Shown piece after piece: positions 26,986 through 36,507 of a DNA stretch of 64,000 nt. Position numbers and translations under genes: made by a program. Position 1 is the first letter of the stretch. The number at the start of each line of letters is the position of its first letter. The notes below the pieces were generated by a model that saw nothing but the letters and a program-made list of their open reading frames with translations, had not been told where the DNA came from and did not search any database. Source of the DNA: Candidatus Caenarcanales bacterium (GTDB lineage Bacteria > Cyanobacteriota > Vampirovibrionia > 2-02-FULL-35-15). The DNA is taken from positions 140,012 to 204,011 of the forward strand of contig JAGVKQ010000020.1 in NCBI GenBank assembly GCA_020050435.1. The letters are read 5' to 3'.

Positions 26986-27973
26986 TCCCAACAAGAGAAT
27001 TCGTTCTATAATGTTCTCTATGGAATTTATCTACCCTAACTTTCTATTCCTATATATTCTGGTTCCAGTATACATATTTCTACATTTCCATTTTGAAGGG
27101 AAAAAGAAAAAAGATATTATTCCATTTGGAAACTTAGATGTTTTAGTAGAAGCTATAAATAAAACAAAAAAAGTTGATGCTCTAAAACATCTTCCTCTAA
27201 TTTTAAAAACTCTTATTTTATGCCTTCTTATATTTGGTTTAGCTCGCCCAGTCAGCACAATTTATTTACCTACGAAAGATACAAAGGTTATGTTTTTATT
27301 TGATATATCTATAAGCATGGAAGCTGAGGATATGAAACCTAATCGATTAGAAGGTGCTAAAAATGCTGCCATAAAATTTGTAAAAGAACTTCCTGATGGC
27401 ATTCAAACAGGCATTGCACTTTTTAGCGGAACAGTAAAAGTTTTAGCAGAGCCTAGCATTGATAAATCAAAAGTAGTAAACATATTAAAAAGTTTAAATT
27501 TAAAAAGCTTAGAACCAGGAACAGCTATAGGAGATGCCATAGTAGCTGGCACACAAGCAATAACAATAGCTGATAAAGATAAAGTAACAAATAAAGACAA
27601 TAGAATATTAGTTTTAATAACTGATGGTGAAGCGAATATAGGAGTAGATCCAATGTTTGCAGCAGCACAAGCAAAAACAAATAATATAATCATTCAGTCT
27701 GTAGGAGTAGGAAATCCAGCAGGGGCTATAATCAGAGGTGGGATATTAACAAAGTTAGACGAGTACACTCTACGTGAACTTTCACTTTTAACTGGCGGTC
27801 AATATTTTAATGCACAGGGTATGCGTGACTTTAAAGAAGTATATAAAAGAATTAAATCTGCTATTAACCTAATACCACAAAAAACAGAAATTACTTTTAT
27901 CCCTTTGGGTATAGCTTTTATACTTGTGATTATTTTACAAATTCTACGATGGACAAAATTTAGGTTTGCATAG
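26978..27973 (+). CDS. von Willebrand factor A domain membrane protein (BatA-like)
   Basis: N-terminal TM. LFDISISMEAEDMKPNRLEGAK (MIDAS DxSxS). LVLITDGEAN. C-terminal TM. True start is probably an internal Met (MEF...). Confidence 0.6.
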   Translation: MTCPNKRIRSIMFSMEFIYPNFLFLYILVPVYIFLHFHFEGKKKKDIIPFGNLDVLVEAINKTKKVDALKHLPLILKTLILCLLIFGLARPVSTIYLPTKDTKVMFLFDISISMEAEDMKPNRLEGAKNAAIKFVKELPDGIQTGIALFSGTVKVLAEPSIDKSKVVNILKSLNLKSLEPGTAIGDAIVAGTQAITIADKDKVTNKDNRILVLITDGEANIGVDPMFAAAQAKTNNIIIQSVGVGNPAGAIIRGGILTKLDEYTLRELSLLTGGQYFNAQGMRDFKEVYKRIKSAINLIPQKTEITFIPLGIAFILVIILQILRWTKFRFA

Positions 27974-27976
27974 AAA

Positions 27977-28249
27977 TTATTTAATCACACTAAATCCATT
28001 AAACGGTCCATTTGCTTCTTGCCACGTAATTTTCACTTCTTCTACTTTTGCCTGAGGTGGACCTTTTTTACACCATTCTATAAATCTATCAATTATTTTT
28101 TTCTCACCTTGAGCAAGCGCTTCTACACTTCCATCATCTGAATTTCTAACCCAGCCTTTTAAACCAAGACTAGATGCATATTCTTTACAGGAAACCCTGT
28201 AGCAGACATTTTGAACCTTACCAGAAATAATAATATGTGCTTGATACAT
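27977..28249 (-). CDS. acyP: acylphosphatase
   Basis: IISGKVQNVCYRVSCKEYASSLGLKGWVRNSDDGSVEA = acylphosphatase signatures. Start taken at the internal Met; the track ORF extends to 28330 through a GC-rich hairpin. Confidence 0.7.
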   Translation of the reverse strand: MYQAHIIISGKVQNVCYRVSCKEYASSLGLKGWVRNSDDGSVEALAQGEKKIIDRFIEWCKKGPPQAKVEEVKITWQEANGPFNGFSVIK

Positions 28250-28302
28250 TAGACGTCCCACCGGGGCGTCTCTACGTTGCCCCACCAAAATTTCCCGCCA
28301 AT

Positions 28303-29442
28303 TCATACAGAAATTGATTTCAAATTCCAACTTTCCTCAAACTCATCAATCATACTTTGAATTATTGAGTCCCAATTTCCATTAGTTTCATTAAATATTT
28401 TTCTTTGTCTTTTACTACTAGTGCCACGCTTAAAAATATCATATATTTTATTTATTTCTGCTTCTGTACCAAGCTCTTTAATAGCAGGAGAGATTTCTTC
28501 TAAAATCTTTTCTACACCTTTTTGTACAGATATCGTGTTTCCAAAAGTATCTGTAATTAATTCTGCATCTAAACCATACCTTGCGGCACGCCATTTATTT
28601 TCACGAATTATATAAGATGGTAAATGTCCTATTTCATCCATAATTCTATATCTCTTAGCAAAGTGTGCAACTAAAGCCTGGATTAGAGATGCAATTGCAA
28701 TTACATCATCAAAAATTGGAATAGCATCACAGATACGAACCTCTATAGTTCCATAATCAGGATGAGGTCTTACATCCCACCAGATTTCTCTAATAGATTC
28801 TATCGTCCCTGCTTTTTTTAATACATAAACAAGCTCACTAAATTCTTCCCAATTATGCAACCTAAATGGAAGTCCAGTAGTAGGCAATGTTTCAAGAATT
28901 TTTACACGGTAGGATTCCATTCCAGAATCTCTTTTTACCCAGTAAGGTGAGCTAGTAGAAAGAGCAAGCAAATAAGGCAAATAATTCATTAGCGCTGACT
29001 TAACTGCAATAGCTTCATCACCACTTCTTACTCCTACATGAACATGAAGTCCAAAAATAAGCATTCTATTTACGGGCATTTGGATTTTATTTACCAAGTT
29101 CTGATATCTGGGAATAGGAGAAATCGTTTGCCTGGACCAATTAGAAGTAGGATGCGTACCAGCCATAGTAAGCTTCATACCAAATTTAGCTGCATGCTCA
29201 TGCAAAAGAGAAACATATTTTTTCAAATTTCCTTTTAGATCATGAATGGATTTACATGGGTCACTATTTATTTCTATAACTGATTCAAAAAGCTCATGTT
29301 TGTAATTATTTTGTCCTTCAAGACTTTTTAAAAGTGTAGATGTCCCAGAAATAAGCTCTCTAGTATTTTTATCAATGACTTGAAGCTCAAGCTCTACGCC
29401 AACAGAATGATCTTTTACTCCATTAAACTCAAGAATTTGCAT
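28303..29442 (-). CDS. ybdK: carboxylate-amine ligase, glutamate-cysteine ligase family 2 (YbdK-like)
   Basis: VGVELELQVID N-terminal motif and length typical of GCS2/YbdK. Confidence 0.65.
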   Translation of the reverse strand: MQILEFNGVKDHSVGVELELQVIDKNTRELISGTSTLLKSLEGQNNYKHELFESVIEINSDPCKSIHDLKGNLKKYVSLLHEHAAKFGMKLTMAGTHPTSNWSRQTISPIPRYQNLVNKIQMPVNRMLIFGLHVHVGVRSGDEAIAVKSALMNYLPYLLALSTSSPYWVKRDSGMESYRVKILETLPTTGLPFRLHNWEEFSELVYVLKKAGTIESIREIWWDVRPHPDYGTIEVRICDAIPIFDDVIAIASLIQALVAHFAKRYRIMDEIGHLPSYIIRENKWRAARYGLDAELITDTFGNTISVQKGVEKILEEISPAIKELGTEAEINKIYDIFKRGTSSKRQRKIFNETNGNWDSIIQSMIDEFEESWNLKSISV

Positions 29443-29458
29443 AGAAAATATTTTAACA

Positions 29459-30790
29459 CTATGTCATGATCATCGTATCGGGACTATATTCAAATTGTAT
29501 TCCTGACAAATGAACAACATCGCCTTCTTTAGCTCCATGTTTAGCCAATTCAGTAAAAACACCAATTTTTTTAAGTATTCTCATAAGATGTCCAACTGAC
29601 TGATAGTCATTTAATTTAGCTACGGATACCAATCCATCTATTTTTTTGCCTTCTACATAAAACATTTGATTATCTTTATAGACAACATACTCATCTAACT
29701 TGTGATCAGTAGATTCAGGATCATAATATGTTTGTATTTCTACTTTTTCTTCTTTTGGATTTTTTTCCAAGAATTCAAACAATTCATTTAAAAGTTTATC
29801 TATGTTTTGTTTAGTAGCAGCAGAGATTAAAAGAGGTTTTAATTTTTTCTTTTTAAATCTATCTACAACTTCTTTCAATTCATCTTCTTGCATTAAATCA
29901 GTTTTATTTAAAACTAGCATTTGCTTTTTCTTAGCAAGAATTTTATTATACGCTTTTAATTCTTCCTGAATGGTTTCATAAGCTTCAATAGGATCAAAAC
30001 TATTTGATCCACTGGCATCTACTACATGTACTAAAAGTCTTGTTCTTTCTACATGGCGAATAAAATCATGTCCCAGTCCTGCTCCTTCTGATGCCCCTTT
30101 TATAAGTCCAGGAATATCAGCAATTACAAAACCATCTCCATTAGGTTTTTTTACTACACCAAGGTTCGGGACAAGAGTAGTAAAGTGATACTCAGCAATT
30201 TTTGGTTTGGCGGCACTAATTACACTAATCAATGTAGACTTTCCAGCACTAGGTACACCGATTATTCCAACTTCTGCAATTAACTTAAGTTCAAAGTCCA
30301 ACTCCCGTTCAATAGCAGGTTCGCCCGGTTCACAATAATGTGGAGCTTGTCTAGAACTAGTAGAAAAGTGTTGATTACCTCTACCTCCACGACCACCTTG
30401 TGCTAGTAAAATTTTTTGCTTGTGAACTACTAAATCTGCAATTATTTCACCAGTACTAGCATCTTTTACAATAGTTCCACATGGTACTTTTATAAGTAAA
30501 TCTTCTCCTGCTTTACCAGTTTTATTTTTATTCCCGCCTTTTTCACCATCTGTTGCTTTAAAAATTGCTCTATATTTAAAATCTAAAAGTGTGCCGAGGT
30601 TTTCATCAGCTTCAATATAAACGGTACCACCTCTTCCACCATCTCCACCAGCAGGTCCACCATTAGGCTCATATTTTTCACGTCTCCATGCCACAACACC
30701 ATTTCCACCTTTGCCGGAAGAAATCTTAATTTTAGCTGTGTCAATGAAGTTCACAGGTAATATGATAGCGTGTAGAGTCATTGCATGCAA
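29459..30790 (-). CDS. obg: GTPase Obg/CgtA with C-terminal extension
   Basis: Glycine-rich Obg fold GKGGNGVVAWRREKYEPNGGPAGGDGGRGG. G1 GIIGVPSAGKST. G3 DIPG. Confidence 0.9.
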   Translation of the reverse strand: MHAMTLHAIILPVNFIDTAKIKISSGKGGNGVVAWRREKYEPNGGPAGGDGGRGGTVYIEADENLGTLLDFKYRAIFKATDGEKGGNKNKTGKAGEDLLIKVPCGTIVKDASTGEIIADLVVHKQKILLAQGGRGGRGNQHFSTSSRQAPHYCEPGEPAIERELDFELKLIAEVGIIGVPSAGKSTLISVISAAKPKIAEYHFTTLVPNLGVVKKPNGDGFVIADIPGLIKGASEGAGLGHDFIRHVERTRLLVHVVDASGSNSFDPIEAYETIQEELKAYNKILAKKKQMLVLNKTDLMQEDELKEVVDRFKKKKLKPLLISAATKQNIDKLLNELFEFLEKNPKEEKVEIQTYYDPESTDHKLDEYVVYKDNQMFYVEGKKIDGLVSVAKLNDYQSVGHLMRILKKIGVFTELAKHGAKEGDVVHLSGIQFEYSPDTMIMT

Positions 30791-30806
30791 CGACTGACAA
30801 GTTAAC

Positions 30807-32126
30807 CTACCCTAAAAATGAATAATCCATCTTACCAGTCTTCTCAAATCTATCTGCTAATTCCCTAATGGCATTAGCCACGTCTTTCATGAAAGCAGGT
30901 GTAGACTTATTTCCAATTCCTTTAAAATCACCTGCTTCAAAGTATAAAGTTTTAAAATCTTTCAGATAAGTATTAAATGAATCATTAGTTTTAGATCCTA
31001 ATTTTTCAAGGTTAGCAGCAAAGGCTCTCAGTTCTTGCGGAGTGTATTGTTTTTTATGTCTATCTTTAAAAATGGCTGAGTCAGTTTCTTTTTGTTTTAC
31101 AGCCATATCATTACCATGAAATAAAGACCCCGTTGGCTCTGGTCCAAAGTTTTTCAAAGCATCTTTAAAAAGATTTTTGAATGGATTTTTCTCAGAATTA
31201 GCAAGTGCCTTAAATAAATTATGTTTTTTGGCATTAGGACCGTAAGGTAAAAATGGTGGCTCAAAGTCAGAAGCTTTCAATCGCTTTGATGAATATGCAT
31301 CAAAACCAAAAAGAGAATCATGTAAAAGTCCATGAACGAACTTTTTATCTACATTTTTAAAACCTTCTTGACCATTGCTTTCTGAGCTGGCTTTCTTAAC
31401 TCCATTTGCTGTTAAAGCTTCACCATCACCCAATTTCTCAGCCATACCTCTTAGTTCATTAGCAACATTTTTTGGACTAAGATCTCCAAGTTTTTTTAAT
31501 TGACCGTTTAATCCTTTTGCATCTTTAAAAGCACTATCATCTTTATTAATTGTATTTTGATAAAAACCTATAAACTGTTTAAACTTTTTATTTGTGTCTG
31601 AACCTTCCTTTTCTAGTTCTTCTGCAAACTTCAATAAGTCTTCTTTAGAGATTTGTTTAATTTGATCATATTCTTCTCCATTTGCTGTATACCCTGTATG
31701 ATTTACGGTAGAACCTCCCGAAAGTCTACCAAGAAAGTCTTTACCTACTTTTCCTTTTATTCCATCTCCAGAAAATCTTAATTGATTCTTCTCCCCTTCA
31801 TCTAAGCCATCTTCAAGTTTAATTCCAAATGCTTCATTATCAAAATCAAATGCTTGTCCAAAAATCATTTCATTTAGAAATTTTTCATCTATTGGAGTGG
31901 GTTTAGCCTCAGCAGGCTTTTGACGCACTGTATCGAATCTAATTTGTGTCCTTTCTGATTCACCAGAACGCATTTGTTTTAGTTTTGTAAGATTGAAATT
32001 TTGTTTGTTTTTTAAAGCAGCACTTCTGTGATTATGAGATTTTGATTTTGTAGCAGGGTTATTACGCTGTCCTTGCATCTGATCAGATGTAATATTATTT
32101 TTATTTATATCGTTCTGAACAGCCAT
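30807..32126 (-). CDS. hypothetical protein, paralog A (conserved N-terminus MAVQNDINKNNITSDQMQGQ)
   Basis: About 440 aa, Lys/Asn/Gly-rich. N-terminal 60 aa collinear with the 32269-33555 protein. Start taken at the internal ATG; the track begins at TTG 32147. Confidence 0.5.
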   Translation of the reverse strand: MAVQNDINKNNITSDQMQGQRNNPATKSKSHNHRSAALKNKQNFNLTKLKQMRSGESERTQIRFDTVRQKPAEAKPTPIDEKFLNEMIFGQAFDFDNEAFGIKLEDGLDEGEKNQLRFSGDGIKGKVGKDFLGRLSGGSTVNHTGYTANGEEYDQIKQISKEDLLKFAEELEKEGSDTNKKFKQFIGFYQNTINKDDSAFKDAKGLNGQLKKLGDLSPKNVANELRGMAEKLGDGEALTANGVKKASSESNGQEGFKNVDKKFVHGLLHDSLFGFDAYSSKRLKASDFEPPFLPYGPNAKKHNLFKALANSEKNPFKNLFKDALKNFGPEPTGSLFHGNDMAVKQKETDSAIFKDRHKKQYTPQELRAFAANLEKLGSKTNDSFNTYLKDFKTLYFEAGDFKGIGNKSTPAFMKDVANAIRELADRFEKTGKMDYSFLG

Positions 32127-32268
32127 AGATTTATGGGTATTAAACAAGATAAAAGTTAAGACTAAGTTACATAATTATTTACATATAAATTAATTCATAG
32201 AGAATATTTTATTAGATTTCTCTAATATGCCACACACAAACCTAAATTATTTATTTTCACGGCAGCTA

Positions 32269-33555
32269 TTAACCAACACTATCTGTAGGGGTTAAGCTGT
32301 CTTTTATTGACCAACCAAAATGATAGAAATCCCAGTTTTCTCTGCTTCTAACATCACTTACCATAATTTTTGAATAGTCTACATTAAATTTTCTTTTATT
32401 CTCTTCTGCTAAAGCCATTAATCTCACTTCATCTTTTGTGAGATTTGTTTTATTAAGATCCAACTTATTCATTTTTCTATATGCAAGTAAGGCTTTACTT
32501 CCAGCTGAATTGCTATTTAGTTCTTTCGCTTTTATAGATCCAGCATTTTCAGTCATCCCTTTTAATTGAAAGAAAAATTCTTGTTTTTTAAAATTTGACA
32601 TTCCATGTGCTTTTAAAACCAAATGATCTTCAAATGAGAGTTCATTAGAGTATTTGCTCTTTCCTTTATCCTGCCTGTACTGCAGCATAGCATCGATAGC
32701 TTTTCCTTCATCTGCAGTTAGCTTTAATCTATCTTTCAGTTTACTTATGGTTGGTGAAGTATCAGTTTTTATATTACGACCAGGAGCAGATGAGCTCTGA
32801 GTAGGATTGTTATTGTTAGCGGGTTTAGCATTCTTAAGTCTAGCAGCAGACCATGATTTCCATTGTTTTTTAAATGACCCGACATTAACACCTTTCTCTT
32901 TTAAAATATCTTCGTCTAATTTATTCAAAGTACTAAAGTCAGTATCAAAACCCATTCCTTTTCTATATTTAAATAACTTATCAACTGTTGCCTCATGTTC
33001 TTTTGATAGTTTTAGTGATTTTTTAAAATCACTCCAGTCTTTATCCGACACAGAATTAGAATCATTATAGTCAGTGTATTTCATTCCTTCACGTTCAAAA
33101 CCATTACGGTCAACATTAATTTGAAAAACACCTCTTGCTTTTCCTTCAATGCCAAAATAGTTAGCTACGCTGTCCATTTCTGCATATATGCCGGTAGGAT
33201 CAGAAGATTTTCCTGGCGAATTAGATGAATTGGTTGAATTATTGTTTTGTAACCCTAAGGCTCCTCTTTGTGCTGGAGGAGAAGTTCTATTTGGAGTAGA
33301 CTGATTTGATTGTGCAGGCACAGAGCTTCCAGCATTTCCACTTTTTCCAGCAGGGACATCTGCTGGATTGTATGCACCTCTCTGAGCTGATGGAGAAGAA
33401 GATCGCATTTGATTTAATTTTGCAAAATTAGAATTTAGTTGTTGACTTAATGCTTTTTTAGGCTGCTGTTTTGGTTTTTTAGCAGAGTTTTTATACTGGC
33501 CTTTTATTTGGTCAGCAGCAATATTTTTATTATTTATATTGTTTTCAATAGACAT
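32269..33555 (-). CDS. hypothetical protein, paralog B (conserved N-terminus MSIENNINNKNIAADQIKGQ)
   Basis: About 428 aa. SD ggag 7 nt upstream of ATG 33555. Low-complexity basic N-terminal region then a Ser/Asn-rich stretch. Confidence 0.5.
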   Translation of the reverse strand: MSIENNINNKNIAADQIKGQYKNSAKKPKQQPKKALSQQLNSNFAKLNQMRSSSPSAQRGAYNPADVPAGKSGNAGSSVPAQSNQSTPNRTSPPAQRGALGLQNNNSTNSSNSPGKSSDPTGIYAEMDSVANYFGIEGKARGVFQINVDRNGFEREGMKYTDYNDSNSVSDKDWSDFKKSLKLSKEHEATVDKLFKYRKGMGFDTDFSTLNKLDEDILKEKGVNVGSFKKQWKSWSAARLKNAKPANNNNPTQSSSAPGRNIKTDTSPTISKLKDRLKLTADEGKAIDAMLQYRQDKGKSKYSNELSFEDHLVLKAHGMSNFKKQEFFFQLKGMTENAGSIKAKELNSNSAGSKALLAYRKMNKLDLNKTNLTKDEVRLMALAEENKRKFNVDYSKIMVSDVRSRENWDFYHFGWSIKDSLTPTDSVG

Positions 33556-33638
33556 ACAAGCTCCGCATAAAGCCAAAACTATGGATAGAAATTTATGAAA
33601 TTCAATAGGATTAAAGTTAAGATTGGATTAAAATATCA

Positions 33639-34409
33639 TTAATTTTCTCTAACGTATTCATTTGCTATCTCAAAGACTTTTTTAAACATAGCTTTTGTAA
33701 GACGCCCTGTCTGCGTATTTTGCCTACTGGGATGATAACTTGCTATTAAAATGTGTGGCAAGCCTTTTTCATATATGGCTCCGTGAGAGAATTTGAAGTC
33801 TTTTTTTTGTAAGACGTCATTGCGAGGAGAGATCCCTCGCTCTGCTCGGGACAGGCTCCGCAATCTAATAGCGTTAGTAGATTGCCGCGTCGGCTCTTTC
33901 AGAACCTCCTCGCAATGACGTGCTGAGATTGCCCATTTAATGTACCCATCAAAAGCAATTTTTCCAAGAGCCACAACAACTTTTAAATCTTTCAAGAGTT
34001 TCAATTCTTCACCTAAATATGGAAAGCAATTATTCAATTCTTCCGGGGTAGGCTTGTTTTGAGGTGGAGCACACCTGCCAACTGCTGTTATATAACAATC
34101 TTTTAATTTAAATCCATCATTTATATCTATAGAATCAGGCTGATTACATAAACCTACTTCATGTAAAATTGGATACATAAAATTTCCAGAAGAATCACCT
34201 GTAAACATTCTCCCTGTCCTATTTGACCCAAATCTTCCAGGAGCAAGTCCTACAATTAAAATCTTTGCTTTCACATCTCCAAAGCTTGGAACAGGTTTAC
34301 ACCAATAAGACGGGAATTTTTCTCTTATCTCATCTATATACTCAACAAGGCGTGGACACTTTTTACAAGAAGTGATTTGATCATTGAGATCAGCAAGATT
34401 TTTTTTCAT
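33639..34409 (-). CDS. uracil-DNA glycosylase family 4 carrying an in-frame insertion of about 36 aa from a palindromic element
   Basis: CKKCPRL, GLAPG and ASYHPS..QN family-4 blocks. Insert ISARHCEEVLKEPTRQSTNAIRLRSLSRAERGISPRNDV encoded by 33794-33902. Confidence 0.7.
   Translation of the reverse strand: MKKNLADLNDQITSCKKCPRLVEYIDEIREKFPSYWCKPVPSFGDVKAKILIVGLAPGRFGSNRTGRMFTGDSSGNFMYPILHEVGLCNQPDSIDINDGFKLKDCYITAVGRCAPPQNKPTPEELNNCFPYLGEELKLLKDLKVVVALGKIAFDGYIKWAISARHCEEVLKEPTRQSTNAIRLRSLSRAERGISPRNDVLQKKDFKFSHGAIYEKGLPHILIASYHPSRQNTQTGRLTKAMFKKVFEIANEYVREN
33794..33902. mobile_element. GC-rich nested palindromic element (~109 bp) inserted in-frame in the UDG gene
   Basis: Outer IR gacgtcattgcgaggag / ctcctcgcaatgacgtg. 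Inner IR gcaatcta/tagattgc, shared with the 20408 and 26835 elements. Local GC far above flanks. Confidence 0.7.
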
Positions 34410-34438
34410 AAGAAAAGAGCCATGCGGCCGCATGGCTC
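34407..34438 (-). terminator. intrinsic terminator: perfect 22-bp palindrome gagccatgcggccgcatggctc followed by TTTTCTT on the minus strand
   Basis: Lies between the prpC stop (34445) and the UDG start (34409). Confidence 0.6.
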
Positions 34439-34444
34439 AACGGA

Positions 34445-35578
34445 TTACCGTCTTTCAATAGGGCTGAAGTCTCTAGCTGGCTGTCCCACATAAATAGCAC
34501 GTGGTCTAATTAAGCGATTATCACTTAATTGTTCAAGTACGTGAGCTGACCAACCTGCTGTTCTGGAAAGAACAAAAATAGGTGTATATAAAGGAATAGG
34601 AATACCTAATAAATAATAAGCTACGGCAGAATAGAAATCTGCATTAGGGAAGATTCCTTTTTTCTCTTTAACTGTTTTTTCTACAGCTTCTGCAATTTCA
34701 AAAAGTTTTTGATTCCCTTTCATCTCTGCAAGCTCTTTTGCATACTTTTTCATAATAACTGACCTGCCATCACCTTTTTTATAAACTCTGTGACCAAATC
34801 CCATAATTTTTTCTTTTTTCTCAATCATGCTAGTAATGCCAGTTATAGCATCTTGAGGACTCTTAAATTTTAGAATCAATTCCATTGCAGCTTCATTAGC
34901 ACCACCATGGAGAGGTCCTTTTAACGTACCAATTCCTGAAGTCAAGGCTGAATAAATATCTGAAAGTGTAGACACTGTAACTCTAGCTGCAAAAGTAGAA
35001 GCATTTAATTCATGCTCTGCATAAAGAATTAAACTAGCATTCATTATTTTTTCTTCTAAAGGACTAGGATCTTTTCCTGTTACCATTTGTAGAAATCTAC
35101 CAGCATAAGTAAGATTTTTATTTACTTTAGGAAGGTCACCACCTTTGGATAGGTGATACCAACTCATAAGAGCAACTGGCAACTTTGCCATAATTGAATA
35201 AACTATTTGTTTTGTATCTTCTATAGAATATTGTCTGGCTTCTTCAAGAGCACCCATAAATGAAACTGATGTTCTAAGTACATCCATTGGACTGGATTTC
35301 AAAGGGATTAACTTTAAAACTTTTATTAAAGGCTTAGGAATTTTTCTTTCTTGAACTAGTAATTTTGTAATTCTTTTTAATTCTCTTTTTTTAGGAAGTC
35401 TTCCTTCTATTAAAAGATGAGCGACTTCTTCATACGTAGCGTTTTGAGATAAGTCTGTAGCGCTGTATCCCCTATAAAGTAAAGTTTCAGTATCTGGATT
35501 TATAGTACAAATTGAAGTAGTTCCTGCAACTACATCTTCTAAACCTTTTGAAAATTGTTCTGTCATTGTGGTTGACAT
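34445..35578 (-). CDS. prpC: citrate synthase family; 2-methylcitrate synthase by context
   Basis: Citrate synthase signature GFGHRVYKKGDGR. 377 aa. Adjacent to prpB and prpD. Confidence 0.75.
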   Translation of the reverse strand: MSTTMTEQFSKGLEDVVAGTTSICTINPDTETLLYRGYSATDLSQNATYEEVAHLLIEGRLPKKRELKRITKLLVQERKIPKPLIKVLKLIPLKSSPMDVLRTSVSFMGALEEARQYSIEDTKQIVYSIMAKLPVALMSWYHLSKGGDLPKVNKNLTYAGRFLQMVTGKDPSPLEEKIMNASLILYAEHELNASTFAARVTVSTLSDIYSALTSGIGTLKGPLHGGANEAAMELILKFKSPQDAITGITSMIEKKEKIMGFGHRVYKKGDGRSVIMKKYAKELAEMKGNQKLFEIAEAVEKTVKEKKGIFPNADFYSAVAYYLLGIPIPLYTPIFVLSRTAGWSAHVLEQLSDNRLIRPRAIYVGQPARDFSPIERR

Positions 35579-35645
35579 ATTGCTCTCCTAAAATTAACCA
35601 AACTAATTTACCTGTCAGCCATGATAATCTATATTTTGATTTTTA

Positions 35646-36497
35646 TCAATCATTTTTTGTAATTTTTGCTTCTTGTTCATAATAATTTAGAAGCTTATAC
35701 AACTCTTCTCTAGTTTGCATGTGTCTAAGGATAGACGTCTGGCTACCCTCTTTTTTAATAGTGCGATACGTTTCCTCTACTGTTTTCATCATCATCCTAA
35801 ATGCTGTCAGAGGGAAAAGAACCATACGTACCCCTATTTGCTCAAACTCATAAACAGATATATATGGTGTCTTACCAAACTCTGTCATATTAGCTAATAC
35901 AGGAATTCTAAGTATATCCACAAACTTCTTGTATTCATCCTTACTCTCTAAAGCCTCAGCAAAAATAACATCAGCTCCAGCACTCTGATATTTTCTAGCC
36001 CTTTCAAGGGCATCATCAAATCCAATTACATTTCTGGAATCTACCCTAGCAATAATATAAAAATCAGGATTCTTTCTAGCCCTTACAGCAGATTGGATTT
36101 TTAAGACCATTTCGTCTGAAGATATAACTTCTTTTCCACTTCTATGACCACATCTTTTCGGAAAGACCTGATCTTCTAAATGGATAGCCATGGCACCAGC
36201 TTCTTCAAGCCTTTTTACACATTCTTCTACATTTCCAAAGCCCGTATCTGCGTCGACTAAAAGCGGCAATTCGTGAATTGCCGCTACTGATGTGATCCGT
36301 TTTACTTCCTGACAAACATCATCTAATGTCGTCAATCCTAAATCAGGCAAACCAAAACAACCAGTAGCAATACCAGAACCAGAAAGATATAAAGATGTCA
36401 TTCCAGTATCTTTTGCTACTAAAGCAGATGCTGCATTAAACACTCCAGGAATAATTACAGTTTTTTCTTGTTTTAAAAGCTGATGGAAGGATTTCAT
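35646..36497 (-). CDS. prpB: 2-methylisocitrate lyase
   Basis: ICL/PEP-mutase family with PKRCGH active-site motif. 283 aa. Confidence 0.8.
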   Translation of the reverse strand: MKSFHQLLKQEKTVIIPGVFNAASALVAKDTGMTSLYLSGSGIATGCFGLPDLGLTTLDDVCQEVKRITSVAAIHELPLLVDADTGFGNVEECVKRLEEAGAMAIHLEDQVFPKRCGHRSGKEVISSDEMVLKIQSAVRARKNPDFYIIARVDSRNVIGFDDALERARKYQSAGADVIFAEALESKDEYKKFVDILRIPVLANMTEFGKTPYISVYEFEQIGVRMVLFPLTAFRMMMKTVEETYRTIKKEGSQTSILRHMQTREELYKLLNYYEQEAKITKND

Positions 36498-36507
36498 AAG
36501 GCCTCTT

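Noticed and set aside
27977-28330. N-terminal 27-aa extension of acylphosphatase
   Set aside because: The extension is encoded by a GC-rich hairpin-like intergenic segment. The acylphosphatase fold starts at the internal Met.
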